Shown: positions 9,075 through 19,365, counted from the stretch's first letter. The stretch is DNA of 64,000 nucleotides from Nitrospirota bacterium (GCA_963845065.1 CAWJQQ010000009.1:256001-320000), one strand, 5' to 3'. Made by a program: numbers and translations. Notes: generated by a model from the letters alone, not told the origin.

Positions 9075-10265
9075 CTAACTTGCTTTTTGTAATACCTCTC
9101 GAATTGCATTCCCCAATCGGCGAATACCAATCTCTATTGTTTTCTCATCAACACACGAAAAATTCAGCCGCATCGTACTTGTTCTTGTTTTGTTGACGTA
9201 GAAGGGGTCGCCCGGAACAAATATGACCTTGTCTTTTACCGCTAGATCAAACAGGTCGAGCGATGTAGCGTTCTGTGGCAATTCGGCCCAAAGAAACATT
9301 CCACCATCGGGCTTCGTATGCTTAACGTTCGACGGGAAATGCTTCGCTATACTGCTGAGCATTGCCTGGCATTGACAGCCATAGGCATTCCGTATTTTCT
9401 CTATATGCTCGTCAATATTATTGTCACGCAAGTAATGATAAATAATGCTTTGCGTAAAATGGCTTGTGTGAAGATCGGAAGCCTGCTTCGCAATGATCAG
9501 GTTATCCATGACATATTTCGGGGCAGCGATCCATCCCAGCCGGAACCCCGGCACGATAATTTTTGAAAAAGAACCTAAGAGTATCGTGTTGTCGGGCAGC
9601 AGTTCCTTGAAAGATAGTTTGCATTCTCCGGAAAATCGCAACTCGCCATAGGGATCATCTTCGATCAAGAGAGTCTTTGTTCCTTGAAGTATTTTCGAAA
9701 TAGATAGCCTGTTTTCTTCCGAATAAGTGATGCCCGACGGATTCTGGAAATTCGGGACCGTGTACATCAGTTTTGGTTTTTCCGAGGACATGACGTGCCG
9801 CAGTCTTTGTGTATCCATCCCTTGTTCAGAAACTGTTATCGGGAGAAACTTCGGCTTGTAAATCGAAAATGCCTGGATCGCCCCCAGGTACCCAGGCTCT
9901 TCCAGGACTACACTGTCGCCTTTGTTCAGGAAAATCTTCCCTAAAAGATCCAAACCTTGTTGAGATCCGCTGGTGATTAGAATATCTTCGACCGGGATCT
10001 CGAGTTTTCTCTTTTGGCGATATCTCTCAGCAATATATTCTCTCAGCTTAAGATATCCTTCCGAATTGCTGTACTGAAAAACATCGTTCCCATGGATTTC
10101 GAAGACCTTATTCGTCGCTGCTTTAAGCTCCCCGGTAGGGAAAAGCTGTCTGTTCGGGAGCCCGCCTGCAAATGATATGACTGCAGGATCGAGTGCGACC
10201 TTGAGTATTTCACGGATGAATGAACGGGGTACGTCAGCAATTCGATCAGAAAATATGCTATCCAT
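9075..10265 (-). CDS. PLP-dependent aminotransferase, class I/II (LysN/ARO8-like)
   Basis: ISFAGGLP, ITSGSQQGL, NFQNPSG, EDDPYGEL, GSFSKIIVPGFRLGW; start taken at MDSIF. Confidence 0.9.
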   Translation of the reverse strand: MDSIFSDRIADVPRSFIREILKVALDPAVISFAGGLPNRQLFPTGELKAATNKVFEIHGNDVFQYSNSEGYLKLREYIAERYRQKRKLEIPVEDILITSGSQQGLDLLGKIFLNKGDSVVLEEPGYLGAIQAFSIYKPKFLPITVSEQGMDTQRLRHVMSSEKPKLMYTVPNFQNPSGITYSEENRLSISKILQGTKTLLIEDDPYGELRFSGECKLSFKELLPDNTILLGSFSKIIVPGFRLGWIAAPKYVMDNLIIAKQASDLHTSHFTQSIIYHYLRDNNIDEHIEKIRNAYGCQCQAMLSSIAKHFPSNVKHTKPDGGMFLWAELPQNATSLDLFDLAVKDKVIFVPGDPFYVNKTRTSTMRLNFSCVDEKTIEIGIRRLGNAIREVLQKAS

Positions 10266-10478
10266 ATAATTTATCCTCATGCATGGTAAAAGCAAAGCAG
10301 ATGGAGCTACGATATTCGTGAGCATCCCGGAAATCAAGAGAAAAAAAAGAGTGAATTGCGAAACCCAGTGTTCCTCAATTCCCTCAACCATGCATTTGCT
10401 AGAACAGGCTGAAGTATTCGAAATATGTCCACCTGATGAAAGCGACATGGCCAATCTTAAGAGGAACCTTAAAATTGG

Positions 10479-11375
10479 TTATGGTGTCTCTCTCATTCGC
10501 CGCTGCCCGGCTATAACGAGTATGACCCCGGCAAGGATAGTGAGCATCGCAAGGACACCAGATGCGGTTACGGTCTCGTCCGCGATCCAGAGTCCGAGCA
10601 ATACCGCCAGGATCGGATTCACATAGGCATAACTGGTTGCCAGCGCTGGTCGGACGTTTTTCAGCAAATAAGTATATGCGGTGTATCCCAGAAGCGAGCC
10701 GAAGAGAGCGAGATACACCATCGCACCGAGCGCCCTCATGGACGGGTGTGTTGGGACGCGCTCACCTGAAGCAAAACCGACAACGAGCACCAGCAGTCCT
10801 CCGCTGAACATCTGCGCCGCACTTGCCATCATGCCCGAAGGAAGGGGCAGACGCAGGCTCAGAACGGACCCGAACGACCACGAAGCCGCGGACAGGACAA
10901 GCAAGACAGCGCCAGCGGGATGGGCGCGCAGGTCGCCTTCGATGTTCAGGAGGATAATTCCCGCAAGACCGAGGATAAGGCCGATCCACTCGTGCCGTGC
11001 AGGCCATTGTTTCCATATGCCGGCGAACAGCACGGTCCAGAGCGGCGTGGTCGCGAGCACGAGCGCGGCAATGCCTGACCCCACCCACTGCTCTGCATAC
11101 ACTACCCCGCCTGTCCCGCCTAGAAGCAGGAAGGCACCGACCGTTAATGAGGCAAGCCATTGCGGCCTTCTTGGTGACGGCACGCCCCGCGAGCGCAAGT
11201 AAAGATACATTCCGGCGCCGACCAGCATGTACCGGGACCCTGCAATGAAAAGCGGCGGGAAACTTTCGAGCGAGATCCGTATCGCAAGGTACGTGGAGCT
11301 CCAGGCTATGTATAGCGTGAGGAGTGCGGTAATAATCCTGGTCCTGCCCGCTCCAGTCAGGCTAGTGCTACTCAC
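10479..11375 (-). CDS. yedA: EamA/DMT-family exporter YedA
   Basis: YIAWSSTYLAIR, PALATSYAYVNP; about 10 TM helices; overlaps the leuA stop. Confidence 0.85.
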   Translation of the reverse strand: MSSTSLTGAGRTRIITALLTLYIAWSSTYLAIRISLESFPPLFIAGSRYMLVGAGMYLYLRSRGVPSPRRPQWLASLTVGAFLLLGGTGGVVYAEQWVGSGIAALVLATTPLWTVLFAGIWKQWPARHEWIGLILGLAGIILLNIEGDLRAHPAGAVLLVLSAASWSFGSVLSLRLPLPSGMMASAAQMFSGGLLVLVVGFASGERVPTHPSMRALGAMVYLALFGSLLGYTAYTYLLKNVRPALATSYAYVNPILAVLLGLWIADETVTASGVLAMLTILAGVILVIAGQRRMRETP

Positions 11376-13116
11376 TTCGATCTCTCGCGTTTGAACATTC
11401 CCCGGATTGATCTTGGAAACTTTCTGGTATCTTTAAAGCCGGCAATCTGTTCAAGGCGCTTATGATTGCCCTGAGCGATGCAATCGAGATATTTGTGTCC
11501 ACGCCTGAGCCGAAAACATTGTTATTGTCCTTATCCCGAATTTGGATGTAAGCGACAGCCTGCGAGTCAGACCCTTGCTCCAACGCGTGTTCGTAGTAAG
11601 CCGTAACGTCAAAGTCGATATTGAGCTCGGTCCTGAGCGCTTTGCAGAAAGCGTCAATTGGCCCATTGCCGGCTCCTGCTATGCCACGTTCCCTTCCGTT
11701 TATTGCAATGAGTGCCTTTATCTCGGCGCTGCGGACATTGGTGGTTTGTCCTGCAGGCTGCTCATCGATCCGGCAGGTTTTGATAGACAGCGGGACACTC
11801 TTTTTTAAATATTCTCGTTCAAAAGCGTCCCAAATGATATCTGGCAAGACTTCTTTACCGGTTTGCTCCGAGATTGCCTGGATCATCCGGCTGAATTCAG
11901 GATGCATCTCCCGGGGCAGGGAAAAGCCGTATTCCTTCTCCATGACGTAGGCAACGCCGCCCTTGCCGGACTGGCTGTTAATCCGGATGACATTCTCAAA
12001 AGTCCGTCCCACGTCCGTCGGATCGATCGGCAAATAGGGCACATCCCAAAAGCCTGACCGTTCATGATCACGAGCTTTCATTCCTTTGTTGATAGCATCC
12101 TGATGAGACCCGGAAAAAGCCGTATACACCAGCTCTCCGGCATAGGGATGCCGCGGGTGAACATGGAGCCTCGTGCACTGTTCGTACGTTGCGATGATAC
12201 GGTCTATGTCGTGGAAGTCCAGTTTCGGATCGATACCCTGGGAGCACAGGTTCATAGCCAGTGTAACCAGGTCAACGTTGCCGGTGCGCTCGCCGTTCCC
12301 GAAAAGCGTGCCCTCGACTCGTTCTGCGCCTGCCAATAGCGCAAGTTCCGTCGCTGCCACGCCAGTGCCGCGGTCGTTATGGACATGGACACTGAGCACA
12401 ACAGATGTTCGGTTCCGCAGATGCCCGCTGAACCACTCGATCCGGTCTGCATAAACGTTCGGCGTTGACATCTCAACCGTTGCCGGCAGGTTCAGAATTA
12501 TTTTCCCGTCCAACGTCGGCTGCCAGACATCAGTTACTGCTTCACAGATCTCGAGAGCAAAACCGAGCTCCGTTCCGGTGAAGCTCTCAGGCGAATATTC
12601 GAAAATAAAATTTGTATTCGTGAGCTTTGCGGTCTCTTCTTTGACCAGCTGTGCGCCGGTAACAGCGAGTTTGATGATCTCTTTCTTGCCCATGTGAAAA
12701 ACGACCCTGCGCTGGAGTTCCGAAGTCGAATTATACATGTGCACGATTGCGCAGCGTGCGTTGCGCAGAGATTCAACAGTCCTCTTGATCAGGTGTTCCC
12801 GCGCCTGCGTAAGCACCTGGAGAGTGACGTCATCAGGCACGAGACGTTTTTCGATCAGTGTTCGGACAAAGTCGAACTCGATCTGCGACGCCGAGGGAAA
12901 TCCGACTTCAATCTCCTTGAATCCCATGTCTACGAGCAGCTGAAACATCTTCAGTTTTTCTTCGACACTCATCGGAACAACAAGCGCCTGGTTCCCGTCC
13001 CTCAGGTCCACGCTGCACCATGCGGGCGCAGTCGTTATCCTTTTTGACGGCCAGATGCGATCAGGCAGATGGACTGGAGAGTAGGGCCTGTATTTATCTC
13101 TTGGCATGATATGCAT
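11368..13116 (-). CDS. leuA: 2-isopropylmalate synthase (long, yeast/Mtb type)
   Basis: SVDLRDGNQAL, HVHNDRG, GNGERTGN, AFSGSHQDAI, C-terminal regulatory GNGPIDA; AAGGAG RBS. Confidence 0.95.
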   Translation of the reverse strand: MHIMPRDKYRPYSPVHLPDRIWPSKRITTAPAWCSVDLRDGNQALVVPMSVEEKLKMFQLLVDMGFKEIEVGFPSASQIEFDFVRTLIEKRLVPDDVTLQVLTQAREHLIKRTVESLRNARCAIVHMYNSTSELQRRVVFHMGKKEIIKLAVTGAQLVKEETAKLTNTNFIFEYSPESFTGTELGFALEICEAVTDVWQPTLDGKIILNLPATVEMSTPNVYADRIEWFSGHLRNRTSVVLSVHVHNDRGTGVAATELALLAGAERVEGTLFGNGERTGNVDLVTLAMNLCSQGIDPKLDFHDIDRIIATYEQCTRLHVHPRHPYAGELVYTAFSGSHQDAINKGMKARDHERSGFWDVPYLPIDPTDVGRTFENVIRINSQSGKGGVAYVMEKEYGFSLPREMHPEFSRMIQAISEQTGKEVLPDIIWDAFEREYLKKSVPLSIKTCRIDEQPAGQTTNVRSAEIKALIAINGRERGIAGAGNGPIDAFCKALRTELNIDFDVTAYYEHALEQGSDSQAVAYIQIRDKDNNNVFGSGVDTNISIASLRAIISALNRLPALKIPESFQDQSGECSNARDRSE

Positions 13117-13218
13117 GGTACACTCCTTACGATAAGTGCGGGGCTGGAATAAAAACAATGCCTATTACGGCAAAGCTCGCAAAGTGAAGACAACGTTTTC
13201 GGCATAACAGACGAAAAT

Positions 13219-13252
13219 AAAAAAGGCCACGGATTATATTTTCCGCGGCCTT
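13219..13252 (-). terminator. Attenuator terminator upstream of leuA
   Basis: Minus strand AAGGCCGCGG-loop-CCGTGGCCTTTTTT. Confidence 0.85.
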
Positions 13253-13287
13253 GCAGGTGTTTTCTATTCTATTGTATAGGCAATAAG

Positions 13288-13380
13288 TTAATAGAATCCC
13301 CCCTCAGCCACGGCAACTAGGAGCCATGCTGCTTTGCGGACGCGCTGTAGAGTAATGAGATTGAGATTCATTGAGTTCAT
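13288..13380 (-). CDS. Leucine attenuator leader peptide MNSMNLNLITLQRVRKAAWLLVAVAEGGFY
   Basis: 30-aa ORF with 5 Leu (two CTA codons) between the promoter and terminator; contains CCGTGGC, which can pair with the terminator 5' arm. Confidence 0.7.
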   Translation of the reverse strand: MNSMNLNLITLQRVRKAAWLLVAVAEGGFY

Positions 13381-13386
13381 GAATTA

Positions 13387-13415
13387 AATATAGGGAATAT
13401 CCTTTCAGCTGTCAA
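13387..13415 (-). promoter_or_regulatory. sigma70 promoter of the leu leader
   Basis: TTGACA-N17-TATATT on the minus strand. Confidence 0.8.
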
Positions 13416-13771
13416 GATATTTTTTGGCTTTTTTGATATATATCGCTGACGAATACATGTTGAAAATTAAGTGTTTCAGAGAATGAAAACTTCAACAAGT
13501 TCATGTATGGAGCGTGCGCCCTGCTTCAGTTGATTCTAAACGTTATCTTGTGTCTGTCTCGATGCACACTTACTTCTCAGTGGGCACGCCCCTATCTAAT
13601 TAGAGGTGATGACTTTTGGATGTTAGCCGCGACGCATAAATACCGGGAAAGAAATACTTTATTGGTATCATTATTTGCTCATAAAATCAAACTATTACAT
13701 ACCTTTTGACTTCATAGTAAAATTTCGAGAGACCATAATTGCATGAAATAGTTTCCAAAAATCGCAACTAT

Positions 13772-13814
13772 TATGACGCACATCATACGTGATCTGCCAT
13801 TAATCATGTATACT
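13772..13814 (+). promoter_or_regulatory. CRP/FNR-family (HcpR-like) site and -10 of hcp
   Basis: Palindrome TATGA-N6-TCATA (13772-13787), centred about -41.5 from a start inferred from TATACT (13809-13814). Confidence 0.65.
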
Positions 13815-13870
13815 CGGCTCACATTAATGATGTCGATCCACATTTTTTAATATTAAAAGGAGAATACACC

Positions 13871-15559
13871 ATGTTTTGTTATCAATGCGAGCAAGCAGCC
13901 AATGGAAAGGGCTGCACCAAGATCGGCGTATGCGGTAAGGACCCGGAAGTTTCTGCATTGCAGGACCTCTTGATCTATACTCTGAAAGGGTTGTCGCTCT
14001 ATGCCGTGCAGGGAAGAAAAGTCGGTGTTGTGGACCAGGACGTAAATATATTTTTAACGAAGGCGCTTTTTTCAACGCTTACTAATGTCGATTTCGATCC
14101 CAGGCGGTTCGAAAATCTCATTCATAAATCCGTGGAACTCCGCGAGATCCTTGCCGGCAAGGTCAAGACTGCTGGCGGCAAAACGGATTTTTCCCACGGG
14201 AGCGCGTCATACAGGCCGGAAACAACGATTGAGGGCCTCGTGCACCAAGGAAGAAAAGTCATTGAGCGCGTGCCCGATATTGCGGTTAACCCGGACATTC
14301 AATCCCTTCAGGATATTCTACTCTTCGGATTGAAGGGCGTAGCCGCGTATGCAGACCATGCGCAGATCCTTGGGAAAACCGATGATTCCGTCTATGCGTT
14401 CATGAGTGAAGCCCTGGCTGCCATGACTGGGGCAGAGCGAGGCCTCGAGGACTGGATCCGTCTTGTCCTAAAGTGTGGTGAGGTCAATCTCAAAGCCATG
14501 GAAACCCTTGATGCGGGCAACACTGGCGCCTATGGCCACCCGATCCCGACTAAGGTCCCTTTGGGAGTGAAAAAAGGCAAAGCCCTTCTGGTGTCCGGGC
14601 ATGATCTTAAGGACCTCGAAACGATACTTAAGCAGACCGAGGGCAAAGGGATTAACGTCTACACCCACGGCGAAATGCTTCCGGCACATGGTTATCCGGG
14701 CCTTAAGAAATATTCACACTTCTACGGACATTACGGTACTGCCTGGCAGAACCAGCACAAGGAATTCGCCCACTTCCCGGGAGCAATCGTGATGACCACG
14801 AACTGCATCCAGAAACCGCACGAATCGTACAGGTCGAATATATTTACCTGCGGGCTCGTCGGCTGGCCCGATGTGAAACACCTTGCTGCTGACGACTTTA
14901 CGCCTGCGATAGACAGAGCTCTCGTCCTTCCAGGATTCCTGAATGATATGGAGGGCAAGGAAGTATTTGCAGGATTTGCACGGAATGCTGTACTCGGCGT
15001 GGCTGGCAAGGTAGTTGAGGCAGTCAAGGCGGGAAATATCCGCCACTTCTTTCTCGTGGGCGGCTGCGACGGTGCAAAACCGGGCAGGAACTACTATACC
15101 GAATTCGTGGAAAAAACGCCCAAGGACACGGTAGTCTTGACTCTTGCCTGCGGCAAGTTCCGGTTTTTTGACAAAGAGCTGGGAGACATTGGCGGCATTC
15201 CGCGGTTGCTGGATATCGGCCAGTGCAACGACGCCTATTCGGCAATCCAGATCGCGGTTGCCTTATCCAAGGCATTTAACGTGAGCGTGAATGATTTGCC
15301 TCTCTCCCTAGTCCTCTCCTGGTACGAGCAAAAGGCTGTTTCCATTCTGCTCTCACTGCTCCATCTCGGAATCAAGGACATCCGGCTCGGACCGTCGCTC
15401 CCCGCGTTTATCACTCCGAATATCCTCGATGTACTCGTGAAAAATTTCGGCATCAAGCCGATCGCGGCAACGCCGGAGGCTGATCTTGAAGAAATTCTTG
15501 GACCCTGCTGGTCCAAGACCAAAGCGGAATGCGTTGAGGCGAACCTAGTGAACGCCTAG
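13871..15559 (+). CDS. hcp: Hybrid cluster protein / hydroxylamine reductase
   Basis: MFCYQCEQ...CTKIGVCGK, YTHGEMLP, GGCDG, LACGK, GQCND, SWYEQKA. Confidence 0.97.
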   Translation: MFCYQCEQAANGKGCTKIGVCGKDPEVSALQDLLIYTLKGLSLYAVQGRKVGVVDQDVNIFLTKALFSTLTNVDFDPRRFENLIHKSVELREILAGKVKTAGGKTDFSHGSASYRPETTIEGLVHQGRKVIERVPDIAVNPDIQSLQDILLFGLKGVAAYADHAQILGKTDDSVYAFMSEALAAMTGAERGLEDWIRLVLKCGEVNLKAMETLDAGNTGAYGHPIPTKVPLGVKKGKALLVSGHDLKDLETILKQTEGKGINVYTHGEMLPAHGYPGLKKYSHFYGHYGTAWQNQHKEFAHFPGAIVMTTNCIQKPHESYRSNIFTCGLVGWPDVKHLAADDFTPAIDRALVLPGFLNDMEGKEVFAGFARNAVLGVAGKVVEAVKAGNIRHFFLVGGCDGAKPGRNYYTEFVEKTPKDTVVLTLACGKFRFFDKELGDIGGIPRLLDIGQCNDAYSAIQIAVALSKAFNVSVNDLPLSLVLSWYEQKAVSILLSLLHLGIKDIRLGPSLPAFITPNILDVLVKNFGIKPIAATPEADLEEILGPCWSKTKAECVEANLVNA

Positions 15560-15577
15560 TTTTACCGCTCATCCACG

Positions 15578-15617
15578 TACCAGGCAGGCCGGTTCATCCG
15601 TTCTGCCTGGTATTTTT
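15578..15617 (+). terminator. Intrinsic terminator after hcp
   Basis: TACCAGGCAG...CTGCCTGGTA followed by TTTTT. Confidence 0.8.
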
Positions 15618-15865
15618 CAAGAGCTATGTATTTGATTGCCGGCGCTACTGAGCAGGCAGCAACAACTCACCGAGTGATCTTCGAGTGATGAGTAATCGAA
15701 GGAAATACCTTTTAAGTCGTTATCGCCAAGACGTTTGTCTTCTGTCCATTAAAAATGGAAGGCAGCGTTGACTAAATCATTGTGAATGTACATCCTATTT
15801 TTTGACTCAGGTCTTACCCGTATTTCCCCATATAACCGCTAACTGGCTTTTTTCTACGTTAAACG

Positions 15866-16195
15866 TCATGGTTTCGTCATTCGCTGAAGAAGCGTCTGGA
15901 CGTGAGCGCGACGGTCGCTGAAATCAATAAGCGGCGTCACTCGCGTCTCAGCAACCGTCCACAGTGGTAAGCTAGAAACGAGCTGGTCAAGCTGCGCGGT
16001 TGTCTCCACATCCACGATAAGACGCAGCGCTATGCGCCCGGCTACTGGCCCGCCTGCCACGATACGGCCTTGTTGAACAAGCTGTTCGGCCCTGGTGAGT
16101 GTCGGGAAAATAATACCTTCGATGAAGGTGCGAGCAGTCTCTTCTGAATATGGCTGGCCTGTCTTCGGATGGTCAAGCTCAACTAGGAATTTCAT
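15866..16195 (-). CDS. Muconolactone-isomerase-like small protein
   Basis: MKFLVE...LDQLVSSLPLW...VTPL pattern; AAAGGA RBS. Confidence 0.65.
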   Translation of the reverse strand: MKFLVELDHPKTGQPYSEETARTFIEGIIFPTLTRAEQLVQQGRIVAGGPVAGRIALRLIVDVETTAQLDQLVSSLPLWTVAETRVTPLIDFSDRRAHVQTLLQRMTKP

Positions 16196-16348
16196 TTGCT
16201 GTCCTTTCTTTTTGGAATGCATGAATGACACCAAGTAATTGAGCAGACAACTGCTCAACACGCTGAAAAGTGTGGAGTTTGACAATTAGAATAAGTGCTA
16301 TCGCAGATTGTTACGAATATATTCCTGATCTCAGGCGATGTCAATGCC

Positions 16349-16394
16349 GTCGTATTCTCATGTCAAGTCGTATTCTCATGCCGTCGTATTCTCA
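16349..16394 (+). repeat. Three near-tandem copies of GTCGTATTCTCA
   Basis: Copies at 16349-16360, 16367-16378 and 16383-16394. Confidence 0.85.
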
Positions 16395-16796
16395 CCACAA
16401 AACCATCGACTCGAGCGCGAGATGAGTTCATAATGCATCACGCATAACAGGTCGTGGATATGCGAAATGTTGCGAATGGGTGCAAAGATAAAGGCAATTC
16501 AGTGATAGCATGAAAAACTTTCACTATGAGCATTAGGAAAACGACAAAAAAAAATTGGATGTTAAATAATATATATAAAAATAGAGGAAAGTAGCATCTG
16601 TTCATTGATTTGTATTACTTTATAATTATGAACTTGACTTAATATATTCCCTGTGATAAATTTTAAAAAACAAGTAAATTAAATTCAAACCGAATAATAT
16701 TGCTGGATTTTGCAATTGTTCTTGTGATACCGGTAACAACAGGATTTTTATAGAAATTAGCATTAACCGACAATATGTCTGGCATCTAATGGAGTA

Positions 16797-16812
16797 TGGT
16801 AGGTTATTTGCA
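16797..16812 (+). promoter_or_regulatory. Candidate sigma-54 promoter for PEP-CTERM gene 1
   Basis: TGGTAGGTTATTTGCA, GG-N10-GC. Confidence 0.5.
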
Positions 16813-16863
16813 GATGAGCTTCATAACGCTGGAAGAAAATACAAACAGAAAGGAGAGATTCCA

Positions 16864-17091
16864 ATGAAAAAGTATTTGGTAAAGAGCCTAATGCTCGGTG
16901 CGCTTTTGTTGGTGCTGACAGGTTCGGCATATGCCCACGACTTTTTCCATGGTCCCGGTGACTGGAACAACTGGAATAACGGAGACCATAGGCGGTGCAA
17001 TGTGCCAGAGCCTTCATCGATTGCCCTTCTCAGTTCAGGGATGGCAGGGATAGGCCTGTTCAGCTTTATCAAGAGAAAAAACCGCAAATAG
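16864..17091 (+). CDS. Minimal PEP-CTERM protein 1 (75 aa)
   Basis: Signal peptide ending AYA, 22-aa core, VPEPSS + TM + KRKNRK; AAGGAG RBS. Confidence 0.88.
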   Translation: MKKYLVKSLMLGALLLVLTGSAYAHDFFHGPGDWNNWNNGDHRRCNVPEPSSIALLSSGMAGIGLFSFIKRKNRK

Positions 17092-17435
17092 AAACAAGAA
17101 ATTCGGTATCGCGGTTTTTTCCGATAACCGTCCCGGCGGATTACGGGCAGGGATGAAGAAGAGGATTTTATTTCTCGATTTACGTACTGCCCGTAAAAAC
17201 AGCCGCAAAAGAAATTCTTCACTCGTTTCCCTTGTTACGCCAAGGAAGTAGTTGCTGTTGGTTTGCAATCTGCATTATCTCGGCATTCACTTTACCCCAT
17301 CTCTTGATACCCCGCATAAACATCACGATTCAAAATAATCCATCACTCATAATAAACCAGTCAAAATGATTGATTATGGCAGTTAAAGTACAAATTTAAC
17401 AAGCTATCCCTTTGATTCTTGAAGCTTAAATATAC

Positions 17436-17451
17436 TGGTATTAGAATTGCA
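17436..17451 (+). promoter_or_regulatory. Candidate sigma-54 promoter upstream of PEP-CTERM gene 2
   Basis: TGGTATTAGAATTGCA, GG-N10-GC. Confidence 0.55.
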
Positions 17452-17705
17452 GATATAACATATATATAAAAAAAATTTAAATGTATAAATCTAAGGCTAA
17501 TATAAGGAATTCAATTTAAGTCAAACCTCGAAAAATTGATAACTGATTGCAGTAGTTCTGGATAACCGCGAAAAGAGGGCAGGGCCTGATGAGAAATTTC
17601 CCCCTTAGGTAAGAATATGAGTGGTATCTAATTCGGGATGCAAAGTTATTCGCAGATGGGCTTTATGACGCTGGACGAAAATACATACAGAAAGGAGAAA
17701 CTCCC

Positions 17706-17915
17706 ATGAAAAAGTACTTAGTAAATAGTTTAATGCTCGGCGCGCTTTTGTTGGTACTGACAGGCTCGGCATATGCCTGGGAGGGGGGGAGCCTCGGTAG
17801 CTACGGCGACCACAGAAGGTGCACTGTGCCGGAGCCTACATCGATTACCCTTCTCAGTTCAGGGATGGCAGGGATAGGCCTGTTCAGCTTTATCAGGAGA
17901 AAAAACCGCAAATAG
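17706..17915 (+). CDS. Minimal PEP-CTERM protein 2 (69 aa)
   Basis: Paralog of 16864-17091: signal peptide, 16-aa core, VPEPTS + TM + RRKNRK. Confidence 0.88.
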   Translation: MKKYLVNSLMLGALLLVLTGSAYAWEGGSLGSYGDHRRCTVPEPTSITLLSSGMAGIGLFSFIRRKNRK

Positions 17916-18308
17916 AAACGAGAGTTCGTAATTTCCTCGTTTATTGCAATAACCGTCCTGGAGGACTACGAACAGGGGGCCAGGTTCATCCCCCTCTCGT
18001 AGAGGGGACGAATGACGGAAGGGGGGAGAAATGTTTTGCTCATTTCCGTCGTAACACTCATACAGCAGCTACTTTCGGTAAGAAATCCGCTTAAATCCAG
18101 TATTCACTAATCCATCCATATTTTCTTGATTCATTTCATAATCACAAATAGGTCTCAATAATAAAACAAATCAGAAGCGGTCTCGGAACAATAATTTTCT
18201 TGAAAAAAAAATGCTTGCGGGTCAGTACGATATTTCATATCGGTTTTCAGTTTCAAATATGACGTTGGTGTCGATGATTGCACTTCCGGATTCACTGTTG
18301 TATCCTCA

Positions 18309-18491
18309 TTATGAGTGGACGTTCCCTGGATCTTTAATGCGCTTCTTGGCGGTATAGCAGGAATCGCAATAGATCCCCATGTCGTCTACATAGCCAGGTT
18401 TCCAAGAGATCGTGCTTGCATCCGTCTTCTCGCTCAGTCTCTTTCCACAAATGCTGCAATGGGAATTTCTTGTCGTTTTGTTTTTCTTCAT
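18309..18491 (-). CDS. Small CxxC...CxxC putative zinc-binding protein
   Basis: CSICG...YCDSCY; purine-rich upstream AGGGG. Confidence 0.5.
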   Translation of the reverse strand: MKKNKTTRNSHCSICGKRLSEKTDASTISWKPGYVDDMGIYCDSCYTAKKRIKDPGNVHS

Positions 18492-18605
18492 ACGGATACC
18501 CCCTATACATAGCCGTGCGAGTGGGTGCGGTCACAGTGCCTTGTTCGACCTGCCAGATAACATTTGACAGATCAGTCTTTTTATAAAGCTGCGCTCTGCC
18601 CAGGC

Positions 18606-18975
18606 CTATGTCAACAGTTTAAAAGCATGGACCCAATCATTTCGGAGTAAGCCAGGGATGCACCAGAGCATGCACAATGGCTCTATCGCGCGTGCAGCCT
18701 CCACCTTGCCCATGTCTGCTGTTTCCCAACCAAACTGGTCGAGAATACTGCTTACAGTTTTCTTCGCCGCTTCATCGTTGCCGCAAATGAATATGGTTGG
18801 TTTGCCACCTTTGAACTGCGGGTTTACGATGCTTGCATGGCCGACAAAATTAAAAGCCCTAACGAAGCACACGCCTCCAAACTCACGCTGCAATCGCTCC
18901 ATGAGGGATTCGTCAAGATTGGTGAAGAACTTTAGAACGCCATTAGTTGGAAGGGTGTCTACTATAGGGTTCGTA
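18606..18975 (-). pseudogene. C-terminal fragment of an NADPH-dependent F420 reductase-like oxidoreductase
   Basis: NPI...SLMERLQ...VRAFN...FICGNDEAAK...AARAIEPLCMLW; the N-terminal Rossmann GxGxxG part is absent. Confidence 0.75.
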
Positions 18976-19047
18976 CTGGCCCCTCTTATTTTTTAAAACG
19001 TTTGATGGTGTCACATATGAATCATCATCAGCACTAACGCACCGCGC

Positions 19048-19365
19048 CTAAATCTGCCAAAGCGTTTCATAGTTGGCAACCGGACGCTCAAAGACAACAC
19101 CCAGTTTAACAAACTCGCTTGCCAATGCAAGCATAGAGGGCAGTGTTTCCATTTGTTTTGCATTTGACAACGACTTCCACACGCTGACGTTGATCATTGT
19201 GCTAGTTGTCCGATCGATGCCAGACCAGTAATGCATGCAGCCACTCAATACCTTGATCGCGGGCACTAGCGTTTGCTGAGACTCATCGAGGCGTGCCTTG
19301 ATTCTCTCGTAGTCCTCGGGTTTAAACGATCCCCGAGATATTCTCAGGACTGACATATTGTTCAT
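19048..19365 (-). CDS. Hypothetical dimeric alpha-beta barrel (ABM-like) protein
   Basis: 105-aa ORF with NVSVWKSL motif. Confidence 0.6.
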   Translation of the reverse strand: MNNMSVLRISRGSFKPEDYERIKARLDESQQTLVPAIKVLSGCMHYWSGIDRTTSTMINVSVWKSLSNAKQMETLPSMLALASEFVKLGVVFERPVANYETLWQI

